Of a stretch of DNA of 32,000 bases, positions 28,313 through 32,000 are shown piece after piece. Positions within the stretch are counted from its first letter, which is position 1. Every line of letters begins with the position of its first letter. Source of the stretch: Candidatus Saccharimonadota bacterium. Its GTDB lineage: Bacteria > Patescibacteriota > Gracilibacteria > BD1-5 > UBA2023. The DNA lies in assembly GCA_042852035.1 (NCBI GenBank), contig BAAFHK010000003.1:1-32000 (forward strand), read 5' to 3'. The notes under the pieces are model-generated. The model was not told the DNA's origin and did no database searches. It saw only the letters and a list, made by a program, of their open reading frames with translations. Made by a program: the position numbers and the translations under genes.

Positions 28313-28480
28313 AGAAAAGGTGAAGTTACGAATTGAAAATTATGAATACTTGGAATAATTTGAGAGATAATATCATAAATTCAGCGGGAAAGAAAGAAAT
28401 GAGAAAAAAACTCTCGTCAATGGAGAAATTTATGGAGGAATCATTTATTATAAATATGAGGATATTATGAATAAAGTATA

Positions 28481-28507
28481 AAAAAAACTCCCCTAAGGGG
28501 AGTTTTT
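28481..28507 (-). terminator. rho-independent terminator-like GC hairpin flanked by A and T runs (bidirectional shape)
   Basis: aaaaaaACTCCCCtaaGGGGAGTtttt: a 7-bp GC-rich stem (28487..28493 / 28497..28503) with a 3-nt loop, flanked by an A7 run on one side and a T run on the other. It lies 14 nt downstream of the stop of the minus-strand CDS 28517..29569. The GC stem stands out in this AT-rich DNA. Confidence 0.6.
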
Positions 28508-28516
28508 AAATTTCAT

Positions 28517-29569
28517 TTACTTTGTTTTTGCTTGATAAAGGTTACGTCCGACTCGCTCAATGTATCTCTTATTTTGAAGATTCATGTAGATGGTTGTTGT
28601 CTTTACTTGACGAACCTTAAGAACGCGAGCAGTAATCTCCTCAGTCGAGAGTGGAGCTCATGCTTTCTTAAAAATATCAAGTATAACATCAAGAACTGTA
28701 CCATCTTTGTATCCCCAATCTTTAAGTACATAGATACCACGACCTATAAGAACAAACTCTACATTTCGAATGAGCTCATTATGAATTGTGGAAATTTTTA
28801 CCGGCTCATTAAAGTATTCAGTAATAGCATTCGCAATGTCAAGAAAATGCATTGGCTCTTTCTTCTTTTTAAGAACATAGATGGCCTTATCTTTCAGGGT
28901 TGATGGATTTAAAATCTTCCACTTCTCAAGTCAGACAAATTTCTCTTCACCCTTTACAAGATCAAGATAAATATCAATAATCGAATCAATCATGATAGGT
29001 TCAATCTTTCCGAATTGTGCAAAGAGGTTAATCTTTATCATTTCGTAAAGTGTTGCATTCTCCATTATATCTCATTTCTTCTTGAGAATCTTAAGTGCTT
29101 CTTTATGTACCGATTCAATAAGCTTTTTCTGAATTTCAGGAAAGTGGTAGTATGTAACCGTTCCAAGTTGTGGTTTTGAACGTTGAAGATTGAAGTCAGC
29201 CTGAAGAAGTACATCGATAATGTTGTAGTTTACTTCATCTGTGAATCCAATCTCTGCAATTATAGCAGAAATAAGACGATCACGAGTCATTACTCCACCA
29301 TGAATTCTAAGTACCTTTTCTCATGCTTCTTGAATCTTCATGAGTGGACTTGAACGCATAATACGTCCAATCTTCTTTATTCCAACATCTTCTATCTGAC
29401 GAACTCTTTCACGAGTGATTCCATACGTATCACCGATTTCCTGAAGAGTTTCTCTATTCCCAATAAGCCCTATTCGACGTGAAATAACATTTCTCTCCTT
29501 TTCAGCTAGTGACTCGAGTATTGTGTGAAAAATATGTGATATATCAAATGGTGCTGTAGTAGCTGACAT
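28517..29569 (-). CDS. sigma-70 region-4 HTH + HARE-HTH domain protein (transcription factor / sigma-like)
   Basis: Track ORFs 29321..29569, 29072..29290 and 28658..28852 are all in one frame and joined by TGA. Stop TAA at 28517..28519, 350 aa. EKERNVISRRIGLIGNRETLQEIGDTYGITRERVRQIEDVGIKKI is a sigma70 region 4 HTH. MHFLDIANAITEYFNEPVKISTIHNELIRNVEFVLIGRGIYVLKDWGY is HARE-HTH-like, as in the RNAP delta subunit N-terminus. Confidence 0.65.
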
Positions 29570-29696
29570 AAGGGAAAGTATAAGTTCTAGATAAGGAAAA
29601 ACCTACAGAATTGTGTCAATTGCAAAAATCAAAAAGTATATTTTACGAATGACTCCTTAAGAGTCATACTATAGATTTTTTTTTAAAGTCAAGTTT

Positions 29697-30341
29697 TTAA
29701 ATAGGAAGAGTCATGTTGCCCTCTTTTTTCTTTTCTGTACTATGTTTTCCTCACTCTAGAATACCTTTATATTCATCGAGTTCACTCTGTTCTTTTTTAT
29801 CGAGATAGCTCATGCTCACAGCACGAGTTTTTTCTCATTGAGAAAAGAAATATGCTCAAATGTAAAGGAGAAAAATTGAGGAAATAGCAAGTTTAAGTCA
29901 GAATCACGGAATTACTTCTTGTGAAGATATTCTTGTATAGGCAAATGAAGCTACAGTAAAAGAAAGGATTGCCACTCAGAGAAGAGATGTCACAAACACA
30001 ACTGCTTGAGCATCGGAAAGGCGAAAAGGAACAAATGCACGAAATCGTTCTTTTTTTTCATGTGAAAGCAGAAAAAAAAGAATAAGAAGGATTGAAAGTA
30101 TAATCCCATATCAAACTCATCCAACATAGAGAGAAAAAGCAGAATAACCCGCTTCTCAAGCTCACAATGGCTTTTTGAAAATAAGCCAAGGAAAGAAAAG
30201 AGAGAGACCAAGCATACCAAGACAGAAAATAATTGTTTTTCCAGGAAGTCAGAGTCGATATGTTCAAAAATTCAGTCTTTGAAAGAATCCAAAAATTTGC
30301 GTTTTTAGTTTCCGATTTTTCGAATTCCGTATATAATCCAT
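29697..30341 (-). CDS. hypothetical polytopic membrane protein
   Basis: ATG 30341, TAA at 29697..29699, 214 aa in a frame that carries about 10 TGA and no TAA or TAG. It has several hydrophobic segments (IIFCLGMLGLSLFFPWLIF, GYGIILSILLILFFLL, AVVFVTSLLGVAILSFTVASF, LKLAISSIFLLYIGAYFF). The two track ORFs here (29990..30220 and 30058..30267) are in other frames and look low-complexity. Confidence 0.4.
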
Positions 30342-30363
30342 ATGGAAAATCTAATTTTAGATA

Positions 30364-30696
30364 ATGAGCTTTTCTCTAGAAAGAGAGAATGCCTTTAAAA
30401 GAAGCTATACATATATTCTTTTTTTGCAAGTGAAAATGCGGTCACCAAATGAAAATATTTACCTCATTCTCTTCTCAACCTTTGTTGAATGAGTAAAAAA
30501 AACATTCGAGAATATCACCCAACTTGTCTCATCTTGAAATTGAGATAGATCATGAATAATCTACAGCATATTTCATTACATATTTGTTGATTGACCAAAA
30601 AAATTTCGAAAAAATCCAACTGCTGTATCCATTGGAAGGGGTATATTTTCACCCTTCATATTTGTCTTTAAAAAATCGCAATGAAATTCAAAATAA
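30364..30696 (+). CDS. hypothetical small protein (weak call)
   Basis: ATG 30364 to TAA 30694..30696, 110 codons, open if six TGA are read as Gly. It overlaps the following pilin-like CDS by 16 nt. I recognised no motif. An open frame of this length is unusual in AT-rich DNA but is not proof of coding. Confidence 0.25.
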
Positions 30697-31913
30697 TACC
30701 ATCAATCTTTTTAAATAAATCAACTCGTCTAAAACATTGATTTACGTTATTTGAACTCATGCTTGGAATGACAATATTTTCCATGCTTATGGTATTCACT
30801 CTTCAGGCCGTATGAAACGTTACTATAGCAAGAACCCGGAGTATGAGCAGAATTACCCTCATTGAAGAACTTTACTTCTTTTCTGAAAAGCTCGCAACAC
30901 AAATTAAAGAAGGATGAATTATAGACTACGAGGAGTACTGGAACCGACAAATGCGGGAGGCGAGCCCAAGCCCAACAGCTACATGAACAGCATCATGACA
31001 CTACATCCTTCCAACAGGATTTGGAAATTATGGTGAAGGTGGGGCGAGCCCACTTTGAACTGGATCAACAAATTACTGAAGTGGCTATTATTATTGTAAA
31101 AGTGAAAATGCCTGAAATAAAATGGGAACCAATGGTTGTATCATTGATATCTTAAATAGTCCTGGTTGAGATCAGGCGGGTGACTATCAAAGATACTGAG
31201 AGTATAAGCTTCAATTTACAGACTATAATGGTAATGCTGATAATGATAATGGCATCCCTTGAGATGAGGACGAAGAAGGAAACATTCGCTGAGATGAAGA
31301 TGATAAAGATATTGGTGATGGGCCTCTAGTAATTACTTGATCTTCTCCAGAACTCTACCTCATAAATACTCTTTCGAAAGAAAGAACATACTTCCGACTC
31401 ACTTATAAACAAGATCCAAATCACCCGAATACCTGTAATTTTACTACTTTTGGAACGGGATGTCTTGGTAATATAGAAATGCTCAAACTAAAATGACTCG
31501 ATATAGGACTTGGGCATTCATGAGGACTCAACGATGCAAACAATCCAGGCGCATTTGATTGAGATATAGACACATGGGTTTGTCATCAGGACTGGACCTG
31601 TAATGGACCTACTCTCGCAAACAATTATGGCGTTCTCCCCACTGGAAGAGACAGTGAATGGGTTCCACTATTCCCAGATTATGTAAATGTAAAACAACTT
31701 ACTTTTAGTCTCTACCCACGAAAAGATCCTTGGAAATCCTGGGCTGCAATTGACTCTTTCAGCCCTGGAGCAGTGAGCCCCTTCCTTCACCCATATGTAC
31801 GAGTTCAGATGACTATGTGACTTGCTTGGGAAAAACGAAAACTTATCAATAACGATGATCCAACGATTTCTATCTCAACCACAATTAGCCTCTCAAATAG
31901 TATAACTGAATAA
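30681..31913 (+). CDS. type IV pilin / pseudopilin-like protein with prepilin-type N-terminal cleavage/methylation signal
   Basis: ATG 30681 gives MKFKIIPSIFLNKSTRLKH-G-FTLFELMLGMTIFSMLMVFTL. This is the class III signal G|FTLxE with Glu at +5, and the invariant -1 Gly is TGA 30738..30740. I translated codon by codon to TAA 31911..31913. 410 aa, with a large globular part that includes an Asp-rich loop. Confidence 0.7.
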
Positions 31914-31925
31914 TTTATCTTCTTC

Positions 31926-32000
31926 CATGAATTCTTCTCGACAGGGCTCTGCCCTACTCATATCGCTTATTGTTCTTACGCTCATGATGATAATGAGTAG
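31926..32000 (+). CDS. minor pseudopilin-like protein, N-terminal fragment (runs off the window end)
   Basis: ATG 31926 gives MNSSRQGSALLISLIVLTLMMIMS.... This is a short polar head followed by a hydrophobic helix, as in PilX/GspK-type minor pilins. It sits immediately downstream of the pilin-like CDS. Confidence 0.4.
   Translation, partial: HEFFSTGLCPTHIAYCSYAHDDNE

Noticed and set aside
28313-28480. A Mg-sensing riboswitch (M-box) or leader in the ~170-nt region upstream of the MgtC-family gene
   Set aside because: I could not recognise conserved M-box sequence or structure by eye. The idea rests only on the analogy with mgtC leaders in enterobacteria.
29649-29667. A perfect 7-bp-stem palindrome ATGACTC-cttaa-GAGTCAT upstream of the sigma-like gene, as a possible operator or terminator
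   Set aside because: Inverted repeats of this size are expected by chance a few times in 32 kb. There is no adjacent T-run in the orientation needed to terminate the upstream minus-strand gene.
31284-31295. An RGD tripeptide (NIRGDEDD) in the pilin-like protein as an integrin-type adhesion motif
   Set aside because: A tripeptide occurs easily by chance in an Asp/Gly-rich loop, and there is no eukaryotic-host context.
1-32000. Standard-code reading: the locus as a graveyard of pseudogenes with many premature TGA stops
   Set aside because: The interruptions are exclusively TGA, never TAA or TAG. They fall on conserved Gly positions, and frames continue perfectly across them for up to 748 codons. 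Decay would also produce frameshifts and other stops.
1-32000. Genetic code 4 (TGA = Trp, Mycoplasma-like) as the explanation
   Set aside because: TGA aligns with invariant glycines (GGEP, IHIGGGTP, methyltransferase motif I, prepilin -1 Gly, GG pairs in the leaders). Trp at these positions would destroy the motifs, and genuine Trp positions use TGG (for example WLNPYGFA, DVEWAI).
1-32000. Search for tRNA, rRNA, CRISPR arrays, transposases/integrases or prophage genes
   Set aside because: I found no spaced direct repeats, no cloverleaf-like GC-rich islands, no rRNA-like conserved stretches and no recombinase motifs. The only direct repeat is intragenic (1..403). Absence is based on reading by eye and should be confirmed with tRNAscan/Infernal/minCED.

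Overview
AT-rich, very gene-dense bacterial DNA that only makes sense under genetic code 25 (UGA = Gly, as in Gracilibacteria/Absconditabacteria of the candidate phyla radiation). The standard-code ORF track is broken into pieces of 184 aa or less. Reading TGA as Gly joins them into about 35 long CDS, and TGA falls on invariant glycines of well-known motifs: GGEP of radical SAM enzymes, IHIGGGTP of HemN, motif I of SAM methyltransferases, and the -1 Gly of a prepilin cleavage site. Positions ~1096-21487 form one ~20-kb peptide-maturation (RiPP-like) cluster. Two inverted paralogous modules (HxsD-like protein / 62-64-aa protein / HxsB-like radical SAM enzyme) bracket the rest. Between them lie two homologous His/Asn/Gly/Ser-rich precursor peptides, a lipoprotein, a HemN-like radical SAM enzyme and four more radical SAM enzymes (one SPASM type, two tandem HxsC-like paralogs). 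There is also a PEP-utilising (ATP-grasp + swivel-His) enzyme, a PLP-enzyme-like protein, and a 748-aa fusion of a cluster-less radical-SAM/SPASM-like domain with CmoB-like and CmoA-like domains. An HExxH-domain protein and an A24 (prepilin-peptidase-type) membrane protease complete the cluster. Outside it are a repeat-rich secreted protein (left edge), a Cx11C-repeat protein, a GT1 glycosyltransferase, a His-rich Hsp20, a small His-rich membrane protein, DivIC-like, FecR-domain and MgtC/DUF4010 proteins, a sigma70-region-4/HARE-HTH protein, and type IV pilin-like genes (right edge). I recognised no rRNA, tRNA, CRISPR array or transposase. All recoded translations were done by hand. Family names rest on motif recognition from memory, not searches, and start codons may be off by a few codons.
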